Assembly (NCBI GenBank): GCA_963711185.1
Contig: CAVQDD010000018.1
Coordinates: 34,893-98,892 of the forward strand
Direction: 5' to 3'
Length of the DNA stretch: 64,000 nt
Origin: an uncultured Actinomycetota bacterium
GTDB taxonomy: Bacteria; Actinomycetota; Actinomycetes; Propionibacteriales; Propionibacteriaceae
Shown here: positions 1-12,929 of the stretch, piece after piece
Numbering within the stretch: position 1 is the stretch's first letter
Layout: the number at the start of each line of letters is the position of its first letter
Translations under genes and position numbers: made by a program
Notes under the pieces: model-generated
What the model saw: only the letters and a program-made list of their open reading frames with translations
What the model was told of the DNA's origin: nothing
Databases searched by the model: none

Positions 1-276
1 ACAGCCCGGCGCCTGGCCGCGGCGCTGCCCTACCCGGTGGTCAACGGCTACATCGGACTGACCAGCATCGATCCGCCGCAGGACGGCGGATTCGTGGCCA
101 TCCCGGTGCCGGAACTGTCCGACGGTCCGCACTTCTGGTACGCCGTGCAGTGGTTCATGTTCACCGGCATCGCGCGTCGCCGGCATCGTGGTCTTCATCC
201 GCGGCGATCTGCGCGAGCGCCGGGAGCAGCGCACGGCCGCGGCGCCGACGAGTCCGGCCCCCGTGCCAGGATCTGA
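1..276 (+). CDS. SURF1 family protein, C-terminal part (5' truncated; end approximate)
   Basis: PELSDGPHFWYAVQWFMF matches the SURF1 C-terminal H-x-x-YA-x-QW motif. Confidence 0.75.
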   Translation, partial: TARRLAAALPYPVVNGYIGLTSIDPPQDGGFVAIPVPELSDGPHFWYAVQWFMFTGIARRRHRGLHPRRSARAPGAAHGRGADESGPRARI

Positions 277-278
277 TC

Positions 279-1042
279 ATGGATCTGGGGCTGACCGATC
301 GCGTTTTCGTGGTCACCGCCGCCAGCAGCGGGCTCGGGCCGGGCGACGCCGAGCAGCTGGTCGCCGAGGGGGCCCGGGTGGTGCTGGTCGCCCGCCGCGA
401 CGAGGTGCTGGCCGAGGTCGTCGACCGCGCTCGGCGACGATCGGGCGGCGGCCCTGACCGCCGACCTGGCCGACCCGGGCACGGCGGCGGACGCGTGCTC
501 GCTCGCCCTGGACCGGTTCGGCCGGCTGGACGGCGCGCTGATCAGCGTCGGCGGACCGCCGGCCGGCTCGGTGCTCGACACCACCGAGGAGCAGTGGCGC
601 GAGGCGTTCGAATCGGTCTTCCTCGCCGGTCTGCGGGTGGCGTCGGAGGTGATCACCCGCCGGCACCGCCGACGACCTGGCGGTCGGCTTGGGTGCTGTC
701 GACCTCGGTCAAGTCGCCGATCGGTGGACTGGCCGCGTCCAACGGGCTGCGGCCCGGGCTGGCCATGATCATCAAGCAACTGGCCGACGAGTGGGGTCCC
801 GAGGGCGTCCGGGTGTTCGGGCTGCTGCCCGGCCGGATCGAGACCGACCGGGTCAAGCACCTCGACTCGCTGAGCGACGATCCGGCCGCCGCCCGCGCCC
901 GGCCGAGGCGGCCATCCCGTTGCGCCGCTACGGCCGGCCGGACGAGTTCGGCCGGGTGGCGGCGTTCCTGCTCTCCCCCGCCGCGTCGTACCTGACCGGC
1001 TCGGTGTTCCCGGTCGAGGGCGGCGCGCTGCGCGGTCTGTGA
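279..1042 (+). CDS. SDR family oxidoreductase (frameshifted)
   Basis: [20 protein letters not shown] Rossmann start; SNGLRPGL; PGRIETDR; [24 protein letters not shown]. Confidence 0.85.
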
Positions 1043-1893
1043 CCCGGTGCCGCATCGACGCGGTCCTCGACCTGCTGGCCTGCCCGCACTGCCAGGTCGC
1101 CCCTGCACCGCGCCGACCGGGCGCTGCGCTGCGAGCAGGGCCACGCCTTCGACGTGGCCCGGCAGGGCTACGTCAATCTGCTCGGCCGGGCCGCGCCGGC
1201 CAATGCCGACACCGCCGAGATGATCCAGGCCCGGGAGCGTTTCCTGGCCGCCGGCGCCGTACGCGCCGCTGGCCGAGGCGATCGACTCGGCTCGCTCGAC
1301 GATCTCGACGGCGCGGCCGACCCTGGTCGAGGTGGGCGCCGGCACCGGCGTACTACCTGGCGTCGACCATCGGCCGTCCGGACGCCGCGGGCTGGCCCTG
1401 GACATCTCGGTCGGCCGCCGCCCGCCGCGCCGCCCGGGCGCACGAGCGGATCGGCGCCGTGGTGGCCGACGTCTGGCACGACTGCCGATCAGCGACGCGG
1501 TCGGTCGATGTCGGTGCTGGGCGTCTTCGCCCCCCGGAACCCGGCCGAGTTCGCCCGGATCCTCCGGCCCGGCGGTCGTGGTGCTGATCGCGGCCGCCGC
1601 TGCCCGATCACCTGATCGAGCTGCGGCGGCGCTTCGGGCCTGCTGGACGTCGAGGCGGACAAGCAGGAGCGGATCGCCGCCGCCATGGGTGCGGCGGTTC
1701 GGCCGGCGGGCGATGCGGAGTGGCGAGGGCGGCTCGACCTGGACCAGGCGGCGATCCTCGATCTGATCGCGATGGGCCCGAACGCGTTCCATCACGATCG
1801 TGAAGCACTGGCTGACCGGGTAGCCGAGCTCGGAAGTCCGACAGCGTCACCGTCGCCGTGTCGATCACCGCGTGGCGGTGTCAAGCCCCCTGA
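1039..1893 (+). CDS. RlmA-like SAM-dependent methyltransferase with N-terminal Zn ribbon (frameshifted)
   Basis: LACPHC...[15 protein letters not shown]; EVGAGTG SAM motif; [14 protein letters not shown]; MGPNAFH. Confidence 0.8.
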
Positions 1894-1899
1894 CGTGCT

Positions 1900-1945
1900 C
1901 TGAGCCTGTCGAAGGGCCGCGCCCGACGTGCTTCGACGAGCTCAG
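1900..1945. repeat. Inverted pair of REP-like units (CCCTTCGACAAGCTCAGG family)
   Basis: ctgagcctgtcgaaggg 1900-1916 and cttcgacgagctcag 1931-1945, between convergent genes. Confidence 0.75.
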
Positions 1946-1962
1946 CCGCGACCGGCACCGGC

Positions 1963-3855
1963 TCAGCTGGCGAGGGTGCGCGGCCCGGTCTCGAACTGGG
2001 TCCGGTAGAGCTCGGCGTACAGCCCGCCCTCGTCCAGCAGCTCGTCGTGGCGGCCGCGCTGGACGATCCGGCCCTTGTCGACGACCAGGATCAGGTCGGC
2101 GTTGCGGATGGTCGACAGCCGGTGGGCGATCACGATGCTGGTCCGGCCCTCCATGGCCAGGTCCAGCGCGCGCTGCACGGCCGCCTCGGACTCGGAGTCC
2201 AGGTGGGCGGTCGCCTCGTCGAGGACGATGATCGGCGGCGCCTTGAGCAGCAGCCGGGCGATGGCCAGCCGCTGCCGCTCGCCGCCGGACAGCCGGTAGC
2301 CGCGCTCGCCCGACCACGGTGTCCAGCCCGTCGGGCAGGACGCGGACGAGATCCTCGATCTGCGCCGCCGCCAGCACCTCCCACAGCCGCTCGTCGGCGG
2401 CGTCGGGCCGGGCGTAGCGCAGGTTCGCCGCGGATCGTGTCGTGGAACATGTGCGCGTCCTGGGTGACGTAGCCGACCCGGTCCCGCAGCGACTCCAGCG
2501 TGACCGAGCGGACGTCGTGGCCGCCGACGCTGACCGTGCCGGAGGTGGCGTCGTAGAGCCGGGCGATCAGGTGGGTCATGGTCGTCTTGCCGCCGCCGGA
2601 CGCGGCCGACCAGGGCGACCGTCTGGCCCGGCGCCGACGGCGAAGCGTCAGGTCGTGCAGCACCTCGCTGTTGGGCCGCTGCTCCAGCGAGGCGATCGAC
2701 TCCAGGCTGGCCAGCGACACGTCGGCGGCGCTGGGATAGCGGAAGGACACGTGGTCGAATCGCACCGAGGCCGGCCCGCTGACCGGGACGGCGTCCTCGG
2801 CGTCGCGGATCATCGGGACCAGGTCGAGCACCTCGAACACCCGGTCGAAGCTGACCAGGGCGTTCATCACGTCGATCCGGACGTTGGTCAGCGAGGTCAG
2901 CGGCCCGTACAGCTGGCCGAGCAGCCCGGCCAGCGCGGTCAGGGTGCCGACCGTCAGCAGCCCGTCGATGGCCAGCGAGCCGCCGACCCCGTAGACCAGG
3001 GCGGTGGCCAGCGCGGCGACCAGGCCGAGCGACGGTCATGAAGAACCGGCCGTTCATCGCGATCTTGACCGACACGTCGCGGACCGCTCCGGCCCGCTCG
3101 GCGAAGCGGTCGTGCTCGTCGTCGTAGCCGGCCGAACAGCTTGACCAGCAGGGCGCCGCTGACGCTGAACCGCTCGGTCATGGTGGCCGACATGTCGCCG
3201 TTGAGCTGCATCTGCTCGCGGGTCAGATCGGCCAGCTTGCGACCGACGACCTTGGCCGGGATCAGGAAGATCGGCAGCATGACCAGCGCGGCCAGCGGTC
3301 AGCTGCCAGCTGAGCACGAGCATCGCCGTCAGCACCAGGACCAGGCTGATCACGTTGGACAGCACGGTGGACAGCGTCGAGGTGAACGCCTGCTGGGCGC
3401 CGATCACGTCGGAGTTGAGCCGGGAGACCAGCTTGCCGGTCTGGGTGCGGGTGAAGAAGGCGACCGGCATCCGCGACGACGTGGTCGAACACCCGGGTCC
3501 GCAGGTCGAAGATCAGGCCTTCGCCGATCTTGGCCGAGCACCAGCGCTGCACCAGTCCGAGCACGGCCTGGACGACCGCCAGCGCGGCCACGACGATGCC
3601 GAGGATGATCAACAGCCGCCGGTTGCCCGCCAGCACGCCCTCGTCGATGATCTCCTTGAACAGCAGCGGCGGGGTCACCGCGAGCGCCGAGGTGATCACC
3701 ACCAGCGACACGAAGAACACGATCAGTCGGCGGTACGGCCGGGCGAACTGCAGGATCCGGCGCAGCACGCCCTTGGTCAGCCGGTGCGAGGCGACCTCAG
3801 GATCCTGCCCCATCCGGCGCATCAGACCGGCCGAGCCCCCACGCATCATCGACAT
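1963..3855 (-). CDS. ABC exporter, fused permease/ATPase (frameshifted)
   Basis: TM domain ([18 protein letters not shown]); Walker A SGGGKTT; [13 protein letters not shown]; LDEATAHLD; AGGAGG RBS upstream of ATG 3855. Confidence 0.9.
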
Positions 3856-3991
3856 CCGGTCGTACCTCCTGAACCCGGCCGCTGGAACCCAGCCCACCGT
3901 ACGAGGCGACCAACGTCGCCGGGCCGAGGCGTATTCCGGACGCGACCGCCGCACCATGATCATCTCGACGGCCCGAACCGGAAGACGTCGA

Positions 3992-4018
3992 GGCCCGGAC
4001 GCACCAGGCGTCCGGGCC
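3992..4018 (-). terminator. GC-rich hairpin downstream of the Gbn-like gene
   Basis: ggcccggacgc-accag-gcgtccgggcc, 11-bp perfect stem. Confidence 0.6.
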
Positions 4019-4045
4019 CCGATCGAACGATCGCTCAGACCAAGA

Positions 4046-4655
4046 TCAACTCTTCTTGGCCGGCGCCTTCTTGGCCGTGCTTCTTGGCCGCCGTCTTGGT
4101 GGCGGTCGCCTTGGCGGCCGCCTTGGCCGCCGTCGCCTTCGTGGCGCCGCCTTGGCCGGGGCCTTCTTGGCCGCCGTCTTCGTCGCCGCCTTGGTCGCCG
4201 TCTTGGCCGGCGCCTTCTTCGCCGCCGCCGTCTTGGTCGGCGCCGCCTTGGTCGCCGCCTTGGCCGGCGCCTTCTTGGCGGCCGTCTTCGTGGCCGCGTC
4301 TTCGTCGCCGCGGTCTTGGCCGGGCCTCTTGGCCGTCGTCTTGGCCGCCGGGCCTTGCGTCGTCTTCGCCGGCTGCTGCCTTGGCCGCCGGCTTCTTGGC
4401 GCGGTCTTCTTGGCTGGCGGTCTTCTTGGCCGGCGCGGCTGCCGCCTTCTTGGCCCCGCGGGTCGCCCCGCCGCGGCCGCGCAGGCCGACGCCGGCTTCC
4501 TTCAGCACGCCGTGCACGAAGCCGAAGGACCGGCCGGCGTCCTCGGCGATCTTGCGGATGCTCTCGCCGGCGGCGTACCGCTTGGCGTACTGGGCCGCGA
4601 GCGTGTCCCGCTGCGCCCCGGTGATCCGTGAACCCTTAGCCAATGCCTTGGCCAC
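4046..4655 (-). CDS. Gbn-like HTH nucleoid-associated protein with long Lys/Ala-rich (PAKK/AAKK) tail
   Basis: VAKALAKGSRITGAQRDTLAAQYAKRYAAGESIRKIAEDAGRSFGFVHGVLKEAGVGLRGRGGATRG, then repeated gccaagaag; AGGAGG RBS at 4660-4665; resembles Streptomyces SCO1839/Gbn from recall. Confidence 0.8.
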
Positions 4656-4710
4656 TGCGCCTCCTGAGTTCTGAGGTCGCTGCCGGTCAGCGACGACGTT
4701 GCCACGACCA

Positions 4711-4850
4711 ATGATCGACCAAACCAAGATCAATGATCAACTCATTTCTAGCACGTTTTCGCGCTGTTGTTGAGTATTCGTCGACGCCGATCACGACGAT
4801 GATCACCGCAATACCCGAGGATCATTGCGATTTCCCACGCGGCCGGGATC
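4711..4850. promoter_or_regulatory. GATC/GATCWT cluster upstream of the Gbn-like gene
   Basis: GATC at 4713, 4728, 4735, 4789, 4801, 4820 and 4847; five are GATCWT on one strand; locally lower GC. Confidence 0.6.
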
Positions 4851-4854
4851 GAGG

Positions 4855-6456
<1,602 letters not shown>

Positions 6457-6531
6457 CAGCCCAACTCTTCCTCATGCACCGACCACAACCCAAACCGTCC
6501 ACCGCAGCCACGAACGCCGCAAGTCCCCCGA

Positions 6532-6611
6532 CCCTTCGACAAGCTCAGGGCAACGTGTGGCGCTCGGCCCACTGCTCGCAGCTGACCGCCGCCCTTCGAC
6601 AAGCTCAGGGC
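6532..6611 (+). repeat. Two direct copies of REP-like cccttcgacaagctcagggc
   Basis: Identical 20-mers at 6532-6551 and 6592-6611; partial copies near 6649 and 6867. Confidence 0.85.
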
Positions 6612-6741
6612 ACGAAGCGAGCCCGCGGCTGAGGGCCGCCCAGCGTTGGAGCTCAGGGCGAAGAAGCGCGACCAGCCAGGAAGTGATCGCCGACGCGGCG
6701 CGATCAGCAAGCGCACCCGGGGTCGACGGCCCAGCGAGCTG

Positions 6742-6865
6742 GGAGGGTCACTGCGCCGAAGCGGCGAAGCTAAAGATCTTGAATCTCGACGGTCACCGAT
6801 TGTCCAACGCAATCGACGAACTCGAGGGACACGCTTCGCCGCTTCGGCGACACCGAGGACCCTCC
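6742..6865. repeat. Long inverted-repeat element
   Basis: cgccgaagcggcgaagc (6754-6770) / gcttcgccgcttcggcg (6833-6849); outer ggagggtc (6742-6749) / gaccctcc (6858-6865). Confidence 0.8.
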
Positions 6866-6888
6866 GCAAGCTCAGGCGACGTCAGCGC

Positions 6889-7280
6889 TCAGACGTTGAA
6901 CCCGAGAGCGCGCAGCTGATCGCGACCGTCGTCGGTGATCATCTCCATGCCCCACGGGGGCATCCAGACCCAGTTGATCACGAACTGCTCGACCAGCCCC
7001 TCCAGGGCGGTCTGGGTCTGGTCCTCGATCACGTCGGTCAGCGGGCAGGCGGCCGAGGTCAGCGTCATGTCGATGGTCAGCGAGTTGTCGTCCTCGAGGT
7101 GGCAGGCCGTAGATCAGGCCGAGGTCGACGACGTTGATGCCGAGCTCGGGGTCGACGACGTCCTTGAGCGCCTCCTCGAGATCCTCGACGGTCGGCCGGG
7201 CGCGAGGCGTGCTCGCCCAGGTCGACGGCCGGTAGTTCGTCGCGCACCAGGTCGGAGGGGCGCTGCTCGGTCTCAGTCAT
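6889..7280 (-). CDS. sufT: SufT/DUF59 metal-sulfur cluster biosynthesis protein
   Basis: LKDVVDPELGINVVDLGLIYG; MTLTSAACPLTDVIEDQ; INWVWMPPWG; QLRALGFNV. Confidence 0.88.
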
Positions 7281-7735
7281 GCGTTGTCTCCTTATGATTC
7301 GGTCCGTTGGCTCGCAGCGCGGCGTCCTTGAACGCCGACCAGCCGAGCAGGGCGCATTTCACCCGGGCGGGGAAACGGGCGACGCCGGCGAAGGCGATGC
7401 CGTCCTCCAGCCGATCTTCATTCGGTTCGATCTCACCGCGGCCGTGCATCAGGGCCAGGAACTCGTCGTGCAGTCCCAGGCCATGATCGACATCGTGGCC
7501 GATGACCAGGTCGCTCATCACCGAGGTCGAGGCCTGGGAGATGGAGCAGCCCTGACCGTCGTACGAGACGTCGGTGACGGTGTCGCCCGTCGAGGGTGAT
7601 CCGCAGGGTGACCTCGTCACCACAGCTGGGATTCACGTGGTGCACCTCGGCCGCGTACGGCTCCCGCAGTCCGCTGTGATGCTTGGCCCGATAGTGATCC
7701 AGGATGATCTCCTGGTAGAGGTCGTCGATCTTCAT
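7273..7735 (-). CDS. sufU: SufU Fe-S cluster assembly sulfur transfer protein
   Basis: LYQEIILDHY; NPSCGDEV; GQGCSISQAS; FPARVKCALL. Confidence 0.92.
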
Positions 7736-9093
7736 CAGCGGCTCCCGAAGAACTTCTGGACGTAGCGCGACACCGTCGACAAGCGCGTCGATCTCGGCCC
7801 GCGTCGTGTACAGGTAGAACGACGCCCGGGTCGACGACTGGATGCCGAAGCGTTCGTGCAGCGGCCGGGCGCAGTGGTGTCCGCCGCGGACGGCGATGCC
7901 GCGCGAATCGAGCAGCTGGCTGACGTCGTGCGGGTGGATCGGCGTCCCGTCGGCGGCGTCGACGGTGAACGAGATCGCCCCGCCGCGGTCGACCAGCTCG
8001 GCCGGTCCGAGGATCCGGACGCCGGGCAGTCCGAGCAGGCCCGTCCAGCGCGTACCGGTGATCTCCTGCTCGTGCGCGGCGATCTGGTCCATGCCGATCG
8101 CCGACAGGTACTGGGCGGCCGCGGCGAGCCCGACCGCCTGGGCGATCGGCGGCGTGCCGGCCTCGAAGCGGTGCGGCGGCGGCGCGTACGTGGAGCCGGT
8201 CATCTTGACGATCTCGATCATCTCGCCACCGCCGAGGAACGGCGGCAGCGCCGCGAGCAGGTCGTAGCGACCCCAGAGCACGCCGATGCCGGTCGGGCCG
8301 ACCATCTTGTGCCCGGTGAAGGCGACCAGATCGGCGCCGAGCGAGGCGAAGTCGACCGCCAGCTGCGGCACGGCCTGCGAGGCGTCGACGACGACCGTCG
8401 CCCCGACCGCATGACCGAGCTGGGCGATCCGGCTGACCGGGTTGACCGTGCCGAGCACGTTGGACACGTACGCCGACCGAGATGATCTTGGTGCGCTCGT
8501 TGATCAGGTCCTCGGCCGCGGCCTTGTCCAGATCGAGCCGGCCCTCGTCGGTCACGTCGAACCAGCGCAGGGTCGCGCCGGACCGCTGGGCGGCCAGCTG
8601 CCACGGGACGATGTTGGAGTGGTGCTCCATCACCGAGATGACGATCTCGTCGCCGGGCCGCAGCGCCGCACCGAGCGTGTACGCGCAGAGGTTCAGCGCC
8701 TCCGAGGCGTTCTTGGTGAAGACGATCTCCTCCGAGCGGGTGGCGCCGACGAAGTCGGCGAGGATCGCCCGGGCGCTCTCGAACGCCTCGGTCGCCTCGG
8801 CGCCGAGCATGTGCATGGCCCGGGCGACATTGGCGTTGTGGTTCAGGTAATGATCTTCCATCGCCTCGACCACGACCCGCGGCTTCTGCGAGGTGTTCGC
8901 GCTGTCCAGATAGACCAGCGGATGGTCACCGGCCGTGCGTTCCAGGATCGGGAAGTCGCCGCGGATGTGCTCGACGTCGAACGGGATGGTCTCCTCGACC
9001 GCCCCGTCGGCCAGCTCGACCTCGTCGATCGCCGACGGTCGCGGGGTATTCCGCGTGACTGCGAGCTCCGTCGAGCGCTGGTTGACTCGTCAT
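7735..9093 (-). CDS. sufS: Cysteine desulfurase SufS
   Basis: YLDSANTSQKP; MEHHSNIVPWQ; FTGHKMVGPTG; RGGHHCA. Confidence 0.93.
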
Positions 9094-9098
9094 GATGA

Positions 9099-9876
9099 TC
9101 AGACTCCGGCTTCGGCCTCGGCCGCGTCGCGCGACGTAGCGCTCGTAGCCCTCGGCCTCGAGGCGCTCGGCCAGCTCCGGTCCGCCCTCTTCGGCGACCC
9201 GGCCGGCCACGAAGACGTGCACGTAGTCCGGGGTGATGTAGCGCAGGATCCGGGTGTAGTGGGTGATCAGCAGCACGCCGCGGTCGCCCTGGGCGGAGAA
9301 CCGGTTGACGCCCTCGGAGACGATCCGCAGCGCGTCGATGTCCAGGCCGGAGTCGGTCTCGTCCAAGATCGCGAAGCGCGGGTTGAGCAGCTCGAGCTGG
9401 ACGATCTCGTGGCGCTTCTTCTCACCACCGGAGAAGCCCTCGTTCACGTTCCGGCTGGCGAAGTCGGTGTCCATCTGGACCCGCTCCATCGCCGTGTTGA
9501 CTTCCTTGACCCAGGTCCGCAGCTTCGGCGCCTCGCCGTCGATCGCGGTCTTGGCCGTGCGCAGGAAGTTCGACACCGAGACGCCGGGCACCTCGACCGG
9601 ATACTGCATGGCCAGGAAGAGACCGGCCCGGGCCCGCTGGTCGACGCTGAGGGACAACAGGTCCTCACCGTCGAGCGTCACGCTGCCCGAGGTGATCGTG
9701 TACTTGGGGTGACCGGCGATCGAGTACGCCAGGGTCGACTTGCCGGAGCCGTTGGGCCCCATGATCGCGTGGGTCTCGCCGCTGCGGATGGTCAGGTCGA
9801 CGCCGCGCAGGATCTGCTTGGCGCCGGCCTCGGTGTTGACCGAGACGTGCAGGTCGCGGATTTCGAGCGTGGACAT
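9099..9876 (-). CDS. sufC: Fe-S cluster assembly ATPase SufC
   Basis: MGPNGSGKSTL; FLAMQYPVEVPGV; NEGFSGGEKKRHE; LDETDSGLDIDAL. Confidence 0.95.
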
Positions 9877-9896
9877 GAGTCAGGACTCCTGTAATT

Positions 9897-10222
9897 TCAG
9901 ATGGCACTCAGCGGGGTCGGGTCGACGAGCAGGTCGCCGTCGGACACCACGCAGCGGTAGACGGGTACGGGTTGGGTGGCCGGCAGGCCCAGCGGCCGGC
10001 CGGTCCGCAGATCGAAGCGCGACCCGTGCAGATAGCACTCGATCTCGCCATCGCCGACGTCACCTTCGGACAGCGGAACGGCTGCGTGCGAGCACTGGTC
10101 GGACACGGCGTAGAACTGGTCGCCGCTGTGCACGATGGCCATCTCGACGCCGTCGACTTCGACCGGGATGGCCGATTCGGGAGCGACGTTCGGCGACCGC
10201 GCAGGCGCGGAGTGAGGCTCAT
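9897..10222 (-). CDS. Rieske-type ferredoxin
   Basis: CSHAAVPLSEG...IECYLHGSRFDLRTG; usual position within the suf operon. Confidence 0.9.
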
Positions 10223-10231
10223 CCAGACCGG

Positions 10232-10274
10232 CCCTTCGACAAGCTCCGACCGCGAAGCTTCGACTAGCTCAGGG
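10232..10274. repeat. Two degenerate REP-like units at the sufD/ferredoxin junction
   Basis: cccttcgacaagctc and cttcgactagctcaggg. Confidence 0.7.
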
Positions 10275-11466
10275 CGCGACGGGGCACCGACGGTGACGGC
10301 CAGTTCGGCCTCGACCGCGGCCAGCAATTGCTCGGTGATCTCCGGGACATTGATCTTGCGGATGATGTCGGCGAAGAAGCCGTGCACGACCAGCCGGCGG
10401 GCCTCGACTCGCTGATGCCCGCGACTGCGCAGGTAGAACAACTGCTCGTCGTCGAAGCGCCCGGTGGTCGAGGCGTGACCGGCCCCGGCGATCTCGCCGG
10501 TCTCGATCTCCAGGTTGGGCACGGAGTCGGCCCGACAGCCGTCGGTGAGCACCAGGTTCTTGTTCGACTCGTAGGTCTCGATGCCTTCGGCGACCTTGCG
10601 GATCAGCACGTCGCCGATCCAGACCGCGTGCGCGCCCTGGCCCTGCAACGCGCCCTTGTAGTCGACGTTGCTCTTGGTCCGCGGCGCGTTGTGATCGACG
10701 AACAGCCGGTTCTCCAGGTGCTGGCCGGCATCGGCGAAGTACAGACCGAGCAGTTCGGCCGAGCCGCCCGGACCGTCGTAGTTCACCGAGGTGTTCATCC
10801 GGATCAGGTCGCCGCCGAAGGCCACGGCGAGGTGGCGCAGGGTGCCGTCGCGCTTGATCACCGCATGGTGATGGGTGATGTGCACGGCGTCGCCGGCCCA
10901 GTCCTGGATCGAGGCGACGGTCAGCTGGGCGCCTTCACCGACGATGATCTCGGTGTTGTCGGCGAAGGTGGCCGAGCCCTTGAACTGCAGCACGACGGTG
11001 GCCTTGCTGAACGGCTCGGCGATGATCACCGCGTGACCCGAGCGACGCGACGTCGTTCCCGGTGCCGGTCACCGTGACGAAGGTCGGCTTGGCGACCAGC
11101 GCCTCCTTGCCGATCCGGACCACGAGGGTCTGATCGGCGGCGGCGTACGCGCGGGCACTGATCCGGTCGTTGGGCAGGTAACCGCTCGAGCCCTTGATCG
11201 GGTTGTCGCCGATGATCACCTCGGTGGTCACGTCGTCGGGGGCGTCGATCTCGACGGTGAACCGCTCACCGTCCAGCGGCGGCATCGGTGTGCAGACCGC
11301 GGAGCCGCTTCAGCGGGGTGAATCGCCAGATCTCCTCCCGGCCGGTCGGCACGGGATGATCATCGACGTCGAACGAACCTTCGGGGTGCAGGTGACTGGC
11401 GACGCGATCATTGGTTTCGATCGCGTTCGCCAGGTTGTCCAGTTTGGTGTTTGCCGGGGCGGTCAA
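10268..11466 (-). CDS. sufD: Fe-S cluster assembly protein SufD (end approximate)
   Basis: PTGREEIWRFTPLKRL; SVPNLEIETGEIAGAGHASTTGRFDDEQLFYLRSRG. Confidence 0.92.
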
Positions 11467-11468
11467 GA

Positions 11469-12924
11469 TCAGCCCACCGCACCTTCCATCTGGAGCTCGA
11501 TCAGCCGGTTGAGCTCCAACGCGTACTCCATCGGCAGCTCACGGGCGATCGGCTCGACGAAGCCGCGGACGATCATGGCCATCGCCTCGTCCTCGCCCAT
11601 GCCCCGGCTCATCAGGTAGAAGAGCTGGTCGTCGCTGACCTTGGAGACCGTGGCCTCGTGGGCCATCGACACGTCGTCCTCGCGGACGTCGACGTACGGG
11701 TAGGTGTCGGAGCGGCTGATCTGGTCGACCAGCAGCGCATCGCACTTGACGATGGACGCCGAGTGGTGCGCGCCCTCCTGGACCTGGACCAGGCCGCGGT
11801 ACGACGTACGACCGCCGCCCCGGGCCACGGACTTGGAGATGATCGAGCTCGACGTGTACGGGGCGCAGTGCACCATCTTGGAGCCGGCGTCCTGGTGCTG
11901 ACCCTCGCCGGCGAAGGCGATCGACAGCGTCTCGCCGCGCGAGTGCTCGCCCATCAGGTAGACGGCCGGGTACTTCATGGTCACCTTGGAACCGATGTTG
12001 CCGTCGATCCATTCCATGGTCGCGCCGGCTTCGCAGGTGGCCCGCTTGGTCACCAGGTTGTAGACGTTGTTCGACCAGTTCTGGATGGTCGTGTAGCGGC
12101 AGCGCGCGCCCTTCTTGACGATGATCTCGACCACGGCGCTGTGCAGCGAGTCGCTGCTGTAGATCGGCGCGGTACAGCCTTCGACGTAGTGCACGTACGC
12201 GCCCTCGTCGACGATGATCAAGGTCCGCTCGAACTGACCCATGTTCTCGGTGTTGATCCGGAAGTAGGCCTGCAGCGGGATCTCCACGTGCACGCCCTTC
12301 GGCACGTAGATGAACGAGCCGCCGGACCAGACCGCGGTGTTCAGCGCGGCGAACTTGTTGTCACCGACCGGGATCACCGTGCCGAAGTACTCCTTGAACA
12401 GCTCCGGGTGCTCCTTGAGCGCGGTGTCGGTGTCGAGGAAGATCACGCCCTGCTTCTCGAGCTCCTCGTTGATCTTGTGATAGACCACCTCGGACTCGTA
12501 CTGGGCGGCCACACCGGAGACCAGCCGGGCCTTCTCCGCTTCCGGGATGCCCAACTTGTCGTAGGTGTTCTTGATGTCGGCCGGCAGGTCGTCCCAGGTC
12601 GCCGCCTGCTTCTCGGTCGAGCGGACGAAGTACTTGATGTTGTCGAAGTCGATGTCCTCGAGCTCGGCACCCCAGGTCGGCATGGGCTTGCGACCGAACA
12701 GCCGGTGACCCTTGAGTCCGCAGGTCGAGCATCCACTGCGGCTCGCTCTTCAGCGCGGAGATGTTGGCGACCACCGCGGGGGTGAGTCCGCGCAGCGCCG
12801 TCGCGCCGGCGACATCGGAGTCGGACCAGCCGTACTCGTAGCGGCCGAGGGCGGCCAGATGCTGATCCTGGGTCTGACCGGTGCCGACAAAGCCGGTGGT
12901 GGTCGGGTCCTGGGTTTGAGTCAT
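11469..12924 (-). CDS. sufB: Fe-S cluster assembly protein SufB
   Basis: [12 protein letters not shown]; GQFERTLII; HYVEGCTAP; [19 protein letters not shown]; no intein visible. Confidence 0.96.
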
Positions 12925-12929
12925 ATCGA

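Noticed and set aside
3355-4674. Long + strand ORFs with PPSWP repeats, and other long antisense ORFs across the window
   Set aside because: Shadow frames of high-GC genes and of the AAKK repeat; no recognisable motifs
6532-6660. Mini CRISPR array (20-bp repeats 60 bp apart)
   Set aside because: Only two full copies, the same motif is dispersed elsewhere in both orientations, and there are no cas genes
7433-8467. SufS-SufU fusion
   Set aside because: A frameshift near 7770 bypasses the natural ...QKFFGSR-TGA-TG coupling
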